This document shows, piece after piece, positions 10,781 to 21,762 of a stretch of 64,000 nucleotides of DNA (the first letter of the stretch is position 1; the number at the start of each line of letters is the position of its first letter). Under the pieces are notes generated by a model. That model saw only the letters and a program-made list of their open reading frames with translations. It did no database searches and had not been told where the DNA came from. Made by a program: the position numbers and the translations under genes. The DNA comes from an uncultured Chthonomonadaceae bacterium (GTDB taxonomy: Bacteria; Armatimonadota; Chthonomonadetes; Chthonomonadales; Chthonomonadaceae), in assembly GCA_963835065.1 (NCBI GenBank), contig CAWIEK010000044.1, forward strand, positions 352,001-416,000, written 5' to 3'.

Positions 10781-11125
10781 GCCACCTCGCAACAATGCTC
10801 TTCCCTATTATACACGACGGCTGATGTATTGGCACACCAAGACAAGGATGAAGGATGAAGGATGAGAATAGGTAGAAAAAGAAAAGAGTATGTAGAGTCA
10901 TCGTCGAAATCTTGGCAATACAGCGCTTCCAGCCCGATGTCTCGTTGTGTCTGATTGTAGGGGTGAGGCGTCGTGACCTCGTAAGCGTCAGGGCGAACGG
11001 GAGGGGTGGGGACATAGGCTTGCACCTCCCTTCCTGTATGTAACGTCTGAAAAGTAGACGTTTGTTACCTATTAGACGGCTGTATCGGGCAAAGGGTTCG
11101 TTTTTTCGCGTTAGGCGGTGCAAGT

Positions 11126-11257
11126 GCAAGGGAATAAATTCCCTCGCTACGCGGCGTACCGCCGAAGCGTCCTTCGGACGCAAGGCTCTGATAACAGACT
11201 CTCCTGTCCGAAGGACAGTCCGCCGCAGGCGCGTAGCGAGGGAATTTATTCCCTTGC
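11126..11257. repeat. REP-doublet-like palindromic element, family B
   Basis: gcaagggaataaattccctcgctacgcg ... cgcgtagcgagggaatttattcccttgc with inner gtccttcggac/gtccgaaggac hairpins. Confidence 0.85.
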
Positions 11258-11297
11258 CCCACACGCACTGCACAACAACTCTGTTAAACTTGCGTTA

Positions 11298-11472
11298 GGG
11301 CGACGCACTGAAGTGCTTCGCTGTAGGGCGTTCCGCCCAATGTCCTGCGGACATAATCCTCTCGTTGAGAGATGGCATATTCCATAATACAGCCATGCCA
11401 GCCTGAGAGACAAGCGTGTCCGAAGGACACTGGGCCGCAGGCCATACAGCGAAGCACTTCAGTGCGTCGCCC
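11298..11472. repeat. REP-doublet-like palindromic element, family C
   Basis: gggcgacgcactgaagtgcttcgctgta ... tacagcgaagcacttcagtgcgtcgccc with inner gtcctgcggac/gtccgaaggac hairpins. Confidence 0.85.
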
Positions 11473-11499
11473 CAACGCGCCGACGCTACGCCGACTGCT

Positions 11500-14400
11500 C
11501 GAGCAAGCAGAAGAGCATACGTCTCTTGAAGTTCCGGCTTTGCGGCTAAAAAGGCTCTGAGCATCCTCCGCGCGTTCCTGATTGATCAAGCATCGTCAGA
11601 AAGTTGCCGAGAACTGTAATCGTGTTCGGATGACGCGGCCCTAAACTGACAACAAGAATGTCCAACGTCTGTACATACAGTGGTTCGGCTTCTGCATAGC
11701 GGCCTTGTGACTTATACAACCACGCTAGATTATTGAGAGCGGTAGCTGTACTCAGATGCTGTTCCCCATAAACAACCTGTCCGAATCTTCAATGATTGTT
11801 GATACAGCGGTTCGGCCTCAGCATAGCGGCCTTGTGACTGGTACAACCCTGCCAGATTGTTGAGGCTGGTGGCAATGTCAGGATGGTTCTCGTCCGGCAA
11901 TGCTGTGCGCATAAATGTCCAACGCTTGTAAAAACAACGGTTCGGCTTCGGCATAGCGGCCTTGTGACTGATACAACCCCGCCAGATTGTTGAGGCTGGT
12001 GGCAAGTCAGGATGGCTGTTCGCCATACGCTTGACGCAGAATGTCCAACGCCTGTATGTACAGCGGTTCGGCCTCAGCATAGCGGCCTTGCGACTGGTAC
12101 AACACCGCCAGATTGTTGAGGCTGTGTGGCAATGTCAGGATGGTCTTCCGCCAACGCTGTGCGCCGAATGTCCAACGCCTGTTTGTACAGCGGTTCGGCC
12201 TCAGCATAGCGGCCTTGCGCCTCGTACAACCCCGCCAGATTGTTGAGGCTAGTGGCAACATGCGGATGGTTGTTCGCCATAGGCTTGACGGACAATTTCC
12301 AACGCCTGTATGTACAGCGGTTCGGCCTCAGCATAGCGGCCTTGTGACTGGTACAACCCTGCCAGATTGTTGAGGCTGGTGGCAATGTCAGGATGGCCGT
12401 CCGGCAACGCTGTGCGCAGAATGTCCAACGCCTGTATGTACAGCGGTTCGGCATCGGCATAGCGACCTTGTAACTGGTACAACTCTGCCAGATTATTGAG
12501 GCTGGTGGCAAGGCTTGGATGGTTTTCTCCCAATGTCACACGATCAATGTCCAACGCCTGTATGTATAGCGGTTCGGCCTCGGCATAGCGGCCTTGTGAC
12601 TGGTACAAATCCGCCAGATTGTTGAGGCTTTGGGCAATTTCAGGATGGTCGTCCGGCAGCGCTGTGCGCCGAATGTCCAGCGAGCGGGTGTACAGAAACG
12701 TTCCCTCGGCCCAGAGCGCCTGACGATGCACAAAATGGATCAGCCAATCGGCAATATCGCCACTGGATTCCGTATCTTGGAGTTCCGGCGCAATATCGGC
12801 TGCGGATACGGCGTGACGCCATGCTGATTCCAGTCGCGCTCGTTTCTCGCCGTCCTCTGTGTTTTCGATGCCGCCGTTTTCCTGCACAATCTGCCGGTAA
12901 TAGGCGACGAAATGACGCTGCTGTTCTTGTTCTGCATCTATTTTGTGCAGGCGCTTGCGGGCGTATTCGCGGGTGGGGTGCAGCAGGGAATACAGGCTGT
13001 GTCCGTCGTGGGCGGTATACACGAGCAGGGACGCTTCCTGCAAGGCATCAAGGTGTTCCGGCGTGACGGCGGGAAAACAGGCCGTGATTTCTGCGGGGGC
13101 GCAGTCGTTGGCAAACAGGCTGCACAGCGCGAACGCGGTTTGCTCTGCCTCATTCAGCAGGTTCCATGACCAGTCGTAGCATTTTTCCAGCGCGTCATGC
13201 CGCCATTCCGGGTCGTCCATGTCCCGCTCTTCTCTGGAGTCGGTCATTTCGCCCAGAACCGCTTTGCTAAGGCTTGCGGCGATTTCCGGCAGGGTTCGGT
13301 TCTTGATTCGCGCCGCCGCCAGTTCAATTGCAAGCGGAATGTTTGCGGTGACGCGCAGGATGGTGGCAATTGCCGCGTTGTCCGCTTCCGAAGGCGTCCA
13401 TGCGAAATCAGTTTTGCGTTCGCGGATGCGGGCAATCAGCAGGTCGCGCCCTTCCTTGTCTTCCAGCCCGAACACGTCTTTCGGCAACTCTACGCGATCC
13501 AATTCTACCGAACCGCGCCCGGTGACGAGGATATGCAGGAGGGGGTTGGTTGTCAGCAGTTTCTCTATGAGCCGCTTTGCCGGGCCGCATTTCACCGTCT
13601 CGTAGTTGTCGAGGAGGAGCAGCAGGGAAACGTTGTTGGGCAGGCTGTGGGGCAGATTGTCCGGGGCAGCGGCTTCGCCTTCCAATTGGAACGCTTCGGC
13701 AATGCGCCCTGCCAGAAAATCGCGCTTCGCCGCGTCGTTCATGGTGTTCGATACGCCGAGTGTATCGAGTTCCACGCAGTACAGCCGTCCCGCAAAGATG
13801 CCGACGGCCTGAACGCAGCACTGCATGGCAAGGCGCGTTTTGCCCATGCCGCCAAACCCGTGCAGCGTGACGAGCCGGTACAGGAACCCGGAAGGCATTC
13901 GGGTTTGAAACAAATTGAGAATGGCGGTTTCCAATTTGGGGCGCGGCACATAGCGGTTCAGCTCCTGAAACCACGCGGGCAGGAATTGCGAACCCGGCTC
14001 CCGGCTTGTCCAGCCCTCGTACAGCAGTTCGTGCAGGATTTGCGGGGCTTCCTCGAAACTCTTGATGCGCCGGTTCTGCCATTCCTGCCACTGCCAGCGC
14101 TTGTCGTCGCTCTGCCGGTGTCCGTTGGCAGACAGCACGATTTGCCCGCCATGCGCCACGCTCATAATCCGCGCCGCGTAAATCACGTCCTCGTATTGCA
14201 GATACAATCCCTTCGCGTCGGGCGTGACCTGCATTTCGGAGGTATGGACGCCGATACGCGCTGACAGCGCCCATTCCCTGCCGTCCCGGTCGGTGTGCGT
14301 GATTGTCGGCAGGGCGTTTTGGATGGCAATGGCACATTCCAGCGCGTCGTTGACACCGGTAAACGCCGCCATGATGCTGTCCCCGGCAGGCGAGCCGGAG

Positions 14401-14576
14401 ATGCGCCCCCGATGCACCGCCTCCACAAGCCTTTTGATTTCCGCGAACTGCGGCTGCAGCAATTGCAGGCTGTAATGCTGATACGGCAGGGCGCGGGCGG
14501 CTTGTGTTGAGCCGACAATATCGGTAAACAGGAACGTGACAATGCCTTGCGGATAGGGAACACGTTTGTCAGGCAT
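11500..14576 (-). CDS. Class III nucleotide cyclase - STAND (NB-ARC-like) NTPase - TPR repeat protein; TPR tract frameshifted
   Basis: FLFTDIVGST, GDSIMAAF, RIGVH; Walker A GFGGMGKT, LLLLDNYE, IPLAIELAAA; 42-aa repeats SLNNLAxLYQSQGRYAEAEPLY continue in other frames to about 11600. 3' end approximate. Confidence 0.85.
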
Positions 14577-14601
14577 ACTCTTGCTTTCTTTTGGAATTAT
14601 T

Positions 14602-14750
14602 TCACCACCAAGACGCCAAGAACACCAAGAGAAAAGAAGAAAAGAAGAAAAGAAGAAGAGAAGAAGAGAAGAAGAGAAGACATATTGCAGTCAACCGTAA
14701 TCGAAGTCTTTCTGTTTGCATTTCTTGGTGTTCTTGGCGTCTTGGTGGTG
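14602..14750. repeat. Inverted 9-mer-type repeat element with purine-rich tract
   Basis: caccaccaagacgccaagaacaccaaga ... tcttggtgttcttggcgtcttggtggtg enclosing (aagaagag)-like units. Confidence 0.8.
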
Positions 14751-14814
14751 AATATGTTATTGTATCAAGATAATTCAAGAAGAAGAGCGGTGTTTCCTGC
14801 AAGGCATTGCCTGT

Positions 14815-15014
14815 GCCGGGTATTGAAAACGCTTGCTGTGAAATACTGGCCGGAGATTGAAAATCCCCGGCAGGAAAGTGCAAGCGTCTTACAGACGCGA
14901 TTCTCTACTATCAAGATTCCTGCGTCCACAAGACGCTTGTTTTGTCCAGCCGGGGATTTTCAATCTCCGCGCACAGGGAATGCCTTATATTTGAATCGCA
15001 CCCAAATACCCGGC
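14815..15014. repeat. Composite family A element with outer arm
   Basis: ccgggtattgaaaacgcttgctgtgaaata + family A doublet + aaatacccgg. Confidence 0.8.
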
Positions 15015-15096
15015 AGTCGGAAGGATTCGCAATGCCGCGCAGGGAATAAGGCCGTATCTGCGTTTGAAGACGACAAGCCTTTATGAAAAAACCGCT

Positions 15097-16895
15097 ATGA
15101 ACAAACTTATTCTGCTTATTTTGCTGATGGGAACCGCTATGCTGCCTTCCGCTCACGGGGATACGCCCGCTGTCACGCCTGCTATTTCGTCCGTTCTGCC
15201 GCCACCCGTTGCTGATCTTGCCGACAAGACAGTGGTGGATACCCGCGTTCGGCGGTATGTCACGCCGACGCGCCTTGTCTGGCAGTCGCATGAGAACGGC
15301 GCAAGGGTGGAAACGCCGGAAAAACTGCTGCAAGCCGGAAGCGGGCAGGTGACATTGAGCGCCCCGGCAAGCTGCGTGCTGCGCAACGAGGGCAAAATTC
15401 CGGGGATATTGCTTGATTTCGGGCGCGAGTTGCAGGGCGGGGTACAGATTGCCGTTCAGGATTTGAAGGCGGTGGGCAGTAATGGCAAAACGGTTCGGCT
15501 GCGGGTGCGGTTTGGCGAGTCGGTCAGCGAGGCGATGAGCGAGTTGGGGGAGAAAGGGTCGCAGACGGATCATGCCACGCGGGATCAGATTTGTCAGGCT
15601 CCCTGGCTCGGCACGGTGGAAGTCGGCAACACGGGCTTCCGCTTTGTCCGCATTGATCTCGTAGAACCGGGAGCCATGCTCGCCCTGAAATCCGTACGGG
15701 CAGTGTTTTTGTACCGCGATCTGCCGTATCTCGGCTCGTTCCGGTGCAGCGACGAGCGCTTAAACCGCATCTGGCAGACGGGCGCGTATACGGTTCATCT
15801 TAACATGCAGGATTATTTGTGGGACGGCATCAAGCGCGACCGGCTGGTGTGGATCGGCGACATGCACCCGGAAACGAGTACCATCAGCGCGGTGTTCGGG
15901 AACGTAGACATTGTGCCGCGCAGCTTGGACTTGATTCGCAACGAGACGCCGCCCGGCCAGTGGATGAACGGCATCAGTTCGTACTCGCTGTGGTGGATCA
16001 TCATTCAGCAGGACTGGTATCGGCACAACGGCGACCTGGCCTATTTGCGCCAACAGCAGCCCTATCTGACCGCGCTTGTACAGGAATTGCAAAAGCACAT
16101 CGGCGCGAATAACGAGGAAACCCTGCCCGAAGGCCGCTTTCTGGATTGGCCGTCGAGCGAAAACAAGCCCGCCATTCACGCCGGACTTCACGCCCTGCTC
16201 GTCCTTGCCTTTCAAGCGGGCGCGGAAATGTGCCATGCGCTTGGCGATGATGCAACGCGGCAGCAGTGCCTTGACGCCGTGACCCGCCTGCGCAAGCACG
16301 TTCCCGACCCGAACCACAGCAAGCAGGCGGCGGCATTGATGGCATTGGCCGGATTGGGCGACGCAAAACGCTGAACCATGACGTTCTGGCGGTAGACGGA
16401 GCCAAACGGCTGTCCACGTTCTACGGCTATTACGTCTTGCAGGCGCGGGCCAAAGCCGGGGATGTGCAGGGCTGCCTGGACGCCATACGGCAATACTGGG
16501 GCGGGATGCTGGATATGGGCGCGACCACGTTTTGGGAAGACTTCAATCTGGATTGGATGGTCAACGCGGGGCGTATTGACGAACTGCCCGTTGCCGGCAA
16601 GAAGGACATACACGGCGATTACGGCGCGTACTGCTACGTCGGCTTTCGGCACAGCCTGTGTCACGGCTGGGCGTCCGGGCCGACGCCCTGGCTGAGTGAA
16701 CACGTTTTGGGCGTTCAGATTATGGAACCCGGCTGCAAAACCCTCAAAATCACGCCGCACTTAGGCGACCTGCAATGGGCGGAAGGCGCGTTCCCAACTC
16801 CGCTCGGCGTGGTCAATATCCGCCACGACAAACAGCCGGATGGCAGCGTCAAGTCGAAGGTAGACGCGCCGCCGGGTGTTAAGGTTGTAAAATGA
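15097..16895 (+). CDS. GH78-like alpha-L-rhamnosidase (frameshift near 16370)
   Basis: Signal peptide; LDFGRE, WDGIKRDRLVWIGD; downstream frame GATTFWE, HSLCHGWAS, PTPLG. Confidence 0.88.
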
Positions 16896-17821
16896 ACTCT
16901 TTCACGCTTGCCAACAATTTGCTTGATAATCCTGAAGCGTTGCGCGAACAGGCGCAGCGGGACGGCTATCTGTTCTTTCACGGTTTGGCGGATACCGAGT
17001 TGATGCTGTCCCTGCGCCGTCAGATATTGTCGTTGTGCGAACGGGCGGGATGGCTGGAAGCGGGAACCGACCCGATGGAGGGCATTGCCGCGCCCGGTCA
17101 GCGTCACCTTGAGCCGGAACCCGATTACATGCAGGTGTACAAGCAGGTGATGCAGTTGGAGGATTTTCACGCTTTCGCGCATCAGCCGCGCCTGCTTGCC
17201 ATGCTGGACGCGCTGTTCGGCGAAACCACGCTGGTACACGCCCGCAACATCGCCCGCATCATTTTTCCGCAGGCCACGCAGTTCACCACGCCCGCGCATC
17301 AGGACTTTTTGCACATTCAGGGCACGGAGCAAACGTGGACAAGCTGGATACCGCTTGGCGATTGCCCGCAGACATTGGGCAGTCTGGCGGTTCTGCCGGG
17401 TTCGCACAAAGCAGGCATGTACCCCGTGCATCGGACATTGGGCGCGGGCGGGCATGGCATTGACACAAACGAACTGCCGTTTGAATGGGTCGGCGGCGAT
17501 TTTGCCGCCGGGGATGTGCTTTTGTTCCACAGCCTGACGGTGCATAAGGGGATGCCCAACCTGAGCGCGAACCGCCTGCGGCTGTCGGTAGATTTCCGTT
17601 ATCAGCCTCTTTCCCACCCCGTCACCCCCGCTTCCATGCAGCCCCACTACGGCTACGCCTGGGAAGAAATCTACCGGAATTGGCAGTCGCCGCAGCATCA
17701 ATACTACTGGCGCGGCCTGCCCCTCCTCCACGCCGAATTCACCACGCGCTATTACGAAGCCGCCCGCGAAGCCGACAGGCAGGAAACAGAAAAGCAAGCC
17801 TCTGACAAGGGACAGGCGTAA
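16892..17821 (+). CDS. Phytanoyl-CoA dioxygenase (PhyH) family 2OG-Fe(II) oxygenase
   Basis: PAHQD, WIPLGD, PGSH, GDVLLFHSLTVH, RLSVDFRY; start overlaps the upstream stop. Confidence 0.9.
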   Translation: MNSFTLANNLLDNPEALREQAQRDGYLFFHGLADTELMLSLRRQILSLCERAGWLEAGTDPMEGIAAPGQRHLEPEPDYMQVYKQVMQLEDFHAFAHQPRLLAMLDALFGETTLVHARNIARIIFPQATQFTTPAHQDFLHIQGTEQTWTSWIPLGDCPQTLGSLAVLPGSHKAGMYPVHRTLGAGGHGIDTNELPFEWVGGDFAAGDVLLFHSLTVHKGMPNLSANRLRLSVDFRYQPLSHPVTPASMQPHYGYAWEEIYRNWQSPQHQYYWRGLPLLHAEFTTRYYEAAREADRQETEKQASDKGQA

Positions 17822-17946
17822 CGTTTCCCTGAATGATTGCGTCTAATGAACGCTCTGCCTCGTGCAGCAACAACTTCTTTCCACTTGTCTGTACAAATCG
17901 CTGCAAATGATTGTGTCTGCCTGTGCGGACATACAGGAACTTCGTA

Positions 17947-19725
17947 ATGCCAAATTCAATTATTCGCGCCGGCATCAAGATGCTTTGCGCGTGTACGCTT
18001 TCTGTTTTGTTCACGCCTGCCGCGTTTGCGCAGGCTCCGGCTCTGAGCGCGCTGGCGAAGATGCCCGTGAAAGAACTGACCATTTTCAAGGACGGACACG
18101 CTTTTGTGCTGCACGAGGGCAAGATGCCCACCGACAGCGCGGGCAATGTGCAGATGGATTATCTGCCCACGCCGGTTATCGGCACGTTCTGGCCCTATTC
18201 CGCCGATAAGAATGTGAAACTGTCTTCCGTTGTTGCCAGCCCGCGCCGGGTTCGGGTGGAGCGCACCGCCCTGAGCCTGCAAGAATTGCTGGAAGCCAAT
18301 CCCGGCGCGGATGTCAGCGTTACCGAAGTCGGGGGCAAAATCTATTCGGCGCATATCCTTGCGGCCCCGGAGCGCAGCAGTCAGGAACTTGACGCCACCG
18401 ACTCGCCCAACACCGGCGGGGACAAACTGCCCGCCAAAGGCAGCGTCATGCTGCTTAAAACACAGACCGGAACCGCCGCCATTCCGCGCGAGCGTATTCA
18501 GGACGTGACGTTTACCGGGGCGTACAAGCGGACGCTGACGACGGAGGAATTGCGCAACCTGCTCACGCTGAAACTGGAATGGCCGGGCAATGCTCCCGCG
18601 AAAACCGCCCATGTCGGCATGATGTACCTGCAAAAAGGGATTCGCTGGATACCCTCTTACAAAGTTTCGCTGGACGGCAAGGGCAGCGCCGTTCTTGCTT
18701 TGCAGGCCACGCTGATCAACGAAATGACCGATCTGGACGACGTGACCGCCAATCTGGTCATCGGCGTCCCGACGTTTTTCTTTCAGGACACGCCCGATCC
18801 CATCGGCTTGCAGCAGGCGTTCGCGCAGTTGTCTCCCTATTTCCAGAACGGTTCTCCAACCGGCTTTGCGATGTCCAATTCCATGATGTCGCAGGTTGGA
18901 GGGCAATCTCCCGGATTCCGAAGTACCGAGCGCCCCAACGGCAATGAGGGGAACCTTGGACCGCAAATCGGTGGTTCCGGCAAAAACGAGGACACGTTTA
19001 TCTTTACCGTCAAGCATGTCACGCTGAAAAAGGGACAGCGCATGACGCTGCCGATTGCCGAAACCACGCTGAAATATCGCGACCTGTACACGGTGGATCT
19101 GGCGTTTGCGCCGCCCCGCGAACTGCGGCAAAATGGCAGCGTGAGCGACCAGCAATTGGAACTGCTGCGCCTGCAAAGTCAACCGAAAGCGCAGCACATC
19201 ATTCGCCTGACCAATCACGCCAAATTCCCCCTGACAACCGCGCCCGCCCTGATTTTGAGCGACGGCAAAGTGCTGGCGCAGGGCTTGATGACGTACACGT
19301 CCATCGGGAGTGAAACCGACCTGCCCTTGACCACAGCGGTAGATGTGAAGGTGAAGAAAACCGACAAGGAAACGGGGCGAACGCCCAATGCGGTGCAATG
19401 GCAGAGAGGCGAATACGGGCGCATAGACCTGAGCGGCCAGATTTCCGTCACCAATTATCAGCCGCAGGCCATTGACGTGGAAGTGACGCGCAACGTGCTG
19501 GGCAACGTCACCAAAGCCGAGCAGGGCGGCGTGGTTTCGATGGTCAACGTGGTTGAGGACGATGATGCCGGGACACGCGCCGAAAACCCGGTCTGGTGGG
19601 GCTGGTACAGTTGGCCCGGCTGGTGGAGCCACTTCAACGGCATGGGGCGCGTCGTCTGGAAACTGAAGCTGGAACCCGGCAAATCCACCGACCTGAAATA
19701 TACCTGGAACTACTTCTGGCAATAA
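17947..19725 (+). CDS. Secreted DUF4139-like protein
   Basis: Signal peptide; LTIFKDGHAFV, YLQKGIRWIPSY, ATLINE, VTLKKGQR resemble DUF4140/DUF4139 proteins. Confidence 0.7.
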   Translation: MPNSIIRAGIKMLCACTLSVLFTPAAFAQAPALSALAKMPVKELTIFKDGHAFVLHEGKMPTDSAGNVQMDYLPTPVIGTFWPYSADKNVKLSSVVASPRRVRVERTALSLQELLEANPGADVSVTEVGGKIYSAHILAAPERSSQELDATDSPNTGGDKLPAKGSVMLLKTQTGTAAIPRERIQDVTFTGAYKRTLTTEELRNLLTLKLEWPGNAPAKTAHVGMMYLQKGIRWIPSYKVSLDGKGSAVLALQATLINEMTDLDDVTANLVIGVPTFFFQDTPDPIGLQQAFAQLSPYFQNGSPTGFAMSNSMMSQVGGQSPGFRSTERPNGNEGNLGPQIGGSGKNEDTFIFTVKHVTLKKGQRMTLPIAETTLKYRDLYTVDLAFAPPRELRQNGSVSDQQLELLRLQSQPKAQHIIRLTNHAKFPLTTAPALILSDGKVLAQGLMTYTSIGSETDLPLTTAVDVKVKKTDKETGRTPNAVQWQRGEYGRIDLSGQISVTNYQPQAIDVEVTRNVLGNVTKAEQGGVVSMVNVVEDDDAGTRAENPVWWGWYSWPGWWSHFNGMGRVVWKLKLEPGKSTDLKYTWNYFWQ

Positions 19726-19766
19726 GTGCCTGTAAATTTACAAGTTCCCGAATCAAGCGGGCTTCG

Positions 19767-19801
19767 AGCCGCGCAAAAATCAAAATAGGTTTTGCGCGGC
19801 T
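19767..19801. terminator. Hairpin between convergent genes (possible terminator)
   Basis: agccgcgcaaaa ... ttttgcgcggct. Confidence 0.5.
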
Positions 19802-19850
19802 TCTATACGGCTCTCACTCAGGTGGTATTGGTTTACACTTGATGTTTATC

Positions 19851-20144
19851 CTATGCGGCGGCTTCTGCCAATTCTGGCTCCGCTGGCGTCCTGGGGTTGA
19901 TGCTTTCCGACAACATACGCTCGAATGTTTCTCTGTCCGCAATGTCCCAATCGTCTGCCGTACTACGCGCCACCGCCAGATTCACAAAAGGAACGCACTC
20001 CCCTTCTGCAAGCAACGGCAGTAACAGTAACGCGCCGGTGGCATGTGTAAAGGCAATGTGTGACGTTGGAATCACATGTTTGCAAAAGCCAAGTTGTCGC
20101 AGCACTTGTTCCAATTGAGTCAAAGTTACTGTTTTAGGCATCAT
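19851..20144 (-). CDS. HicA-like small protein
   Basis: LEQVLRQLGF...SHIAFTH pattern resembles HicA dsRBD-fold toxins. Confidence 0.55.
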   Translation of the reverse strand: MMPKTVTLTQLEQVLRQLGFCKHVIPTSHIAFTHATGALLLLPLLAEGECVPFVNLAVARSTADDWDIADRETFERMLSESINPRTPAEPELAEAAA

Positions 20145-20186
20145 GATGTGTCCGCGAGTGCGGCGTTTTAGCATGGCTTTTCCCGT

Positions 20187-21485
20187 TTATTTTACCGCGA
20201 GCGGAATCACGTTGACGTTGCCGCTTGCGCCGGAACCACTGGCGACGGTGATGCGGTCACGCAGGGCTTGCGGCGGTTCGGGAATTTGCCAGCCCTCGTA
20301 GGGTTCCACCCACATGCCGTCCGCTTTGATGAGATTGACCAGTTCCTCGATGCTGTTTTCCTGCGGGATGCCGGTTTTTACTTCCTCGCGGCCCCGGTAC
20401 AGCGAGATTTTGCCGCCCGCTTTGCCCACATAGCCGTAATCCGCGTCCGCCATTTCGCCCGGCCCGTTCACGATGCAGCCCATCACCGCCACTGTCAGAT
20501 TGCCCGACAGGTGCTTGACCGCCGACTCGACCCAGCTTGCCACAATCGGCAGATCGAACTTGGTGCGCCCGCAAGAGGGGCACGAAATCAGTTCCACTTT
20601 GGTGCGCCGGATGCCCAATGCCTGCAAAATGTCGTAACAGGCCGGGAGTTCTTCGACCGGGTCTTCCGACAGCGACACGCGAATGGTATCCCCGATGCCT
20701 TCGGCCAGCAGCGTGCCGATGCCCGCCGTGCTTTTGATGCGCGCGTACTGCCCGCTGCCCGCTTCCGTCACGCCTAAGTGCAGGGGATAATCCATGCCCA
20801 ACTCGGCCATGCGCTGCGCCATCAGCCGGTTGGCTTGCAGCATCACGGGAACGCGGCTGGCTTTCAGCGAGATAATGATGTTGCGGTAATCGTGGCGTTC
20901 GCAAATTTGAATGTACTCAATGGCGGACTGCACCATGCCTTCGGGCGTGTCGCCGTACATTACGGTCAGGCGCTCGGCAAGGCTGCCGTGATTGACGCCG
21001 ATCCGCATGGCAAGGTCGCGCTCCTTGCAGGCGTTGATGACCGGCAGCAGTTCCTTTTCAATCGCCGCCTGCTCCTCTTCCACTTCGGCGGGCGAATAAT
21101 CCAGCGTCCGCGCAACCCGCTTGCGGAACACGAACAGGCCGGGATTGATGCGGATTTTGTCTACGTATTTCGCCACTTCCACGGCAATGTCGCTGCCCTG
21201 ATGATGCACGTCGGCGACAAGCGGCACGTCCTGATACTGCTGTTTCAGTCGCGCCTTGATTTCCGCCAGGCAACGCGCTTCGGCCATGTTGGGCGTGGTC
21301 ACGCGCACGATTTCACTGCCGGCCTTGTGCATGGCAATGATCTGCTCCACAGCGGAAGGAACGTTGTGCGTTTCTTCGGTAATCATGGACTGCACGACAA
21401 CGGGATGCGCCCCGCCGATATAAATATCGCCCACGCGCACGGCGCGGGTCAAACGGCGGCTATAAGAAACATCTGGTAAAGACAT
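20187..21485 (-). CDS. ispG: (E)-4-hydroxy-3-methylbut-2-enyl-diphosphate synthase
   Basis: [66 protein letters not shown]. Confidence 0.97.
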   Translation of the reverse strand: MSLPDVSYSRRLTRAVRVGDIYIGGAHPVVVQSMITEETHNVPSAVEQIIAMHKAGSEIVRVTTPNMAEARCLAEIKARLKQQYQDVPLVADVHHQGSDIAVEVAKYVDKIRINPGLFVFRKRVARTLDYSPAEVEEEQAAIEKELLPVINACKERDLAMRIGVNHGSLAERLTVMYGDTPEGMVQSAIEYIQICERHDYRNIIISLKASRVPVMLQANRLMAQRMAELGMDYPLHLGVTEAGSGQYARIKSTAGIGTLLAEGIGDTIRVSLSEDPVEELPACYDILQALGIRRTKVELISCPSCGRTKFDLPIVASWVESAVKHLSGNLTVAVMGCIVNGPGEMADADYGYVGKAGGKISLYRGREEVKTGIPQENSIEELVNLIKADGMWVEPYEGWQIPEPPQALRDRITVASGSGASGNVNVIPLAVK

Positions 21486-21497
21486 GGGAATTCCTCA

Positions 21498-21620
21498 AGT
21501 AGTCAGTAGTCAGTATTCAGTAGTCAGTAGAAACGATCCATCTACCCTAGCGTTTGCATTTCAGCAATAATTTGAAAGAGGGAGTTTTCTACTGACTACT
21601 GACTACTGACTACTGACTAC
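21498..21620. repeat. Inverted heptamer tandem repeats
   Basis: (agtagtc)n ... (gactact)n upstream of ispG. Confidence 0.9.
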
Positions 21621-21762
21621 TTCCTCAACTATCGACTACTTTCAGTATAGCATACACGCCGGGGCAGGGCGGCGAAACAGGTGTGTTCGGAGCGCGTTCC
21701 GGCAGTTAACGCGCTTTCATAAAAAGTGGGAACGGGGTACAATACAACAGGAGAATGATGCG

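Noticed and set aside
10689..11589. ORFs in the hairpin cluster
   Set aside because: They are largely translations of palindromic repeats, with the same peptide appearing on both strands.
11600..12700. 126-bp tandem repeats as a CRISPR-like array
   Set aside because: They encode 42-aa TPR units and have no unique spacers.
3133..16895. Calling DUF885, GH32, M13 and GH78 true pseudogenes or programmed frameshifts
   Set aside because: Catalytic motifs are intact and the breaks are small indels without an evident slippery-site pattern. Sequencing error is more likely.
17956..19722. 588-aa antisense ORF (likewise 44376-45896, 47986-49716, 6068-7300, 58759-60042)
   Set aside because: Shadow ORFs opposite well-supported genes in GC-rich DNA, with no motifs.
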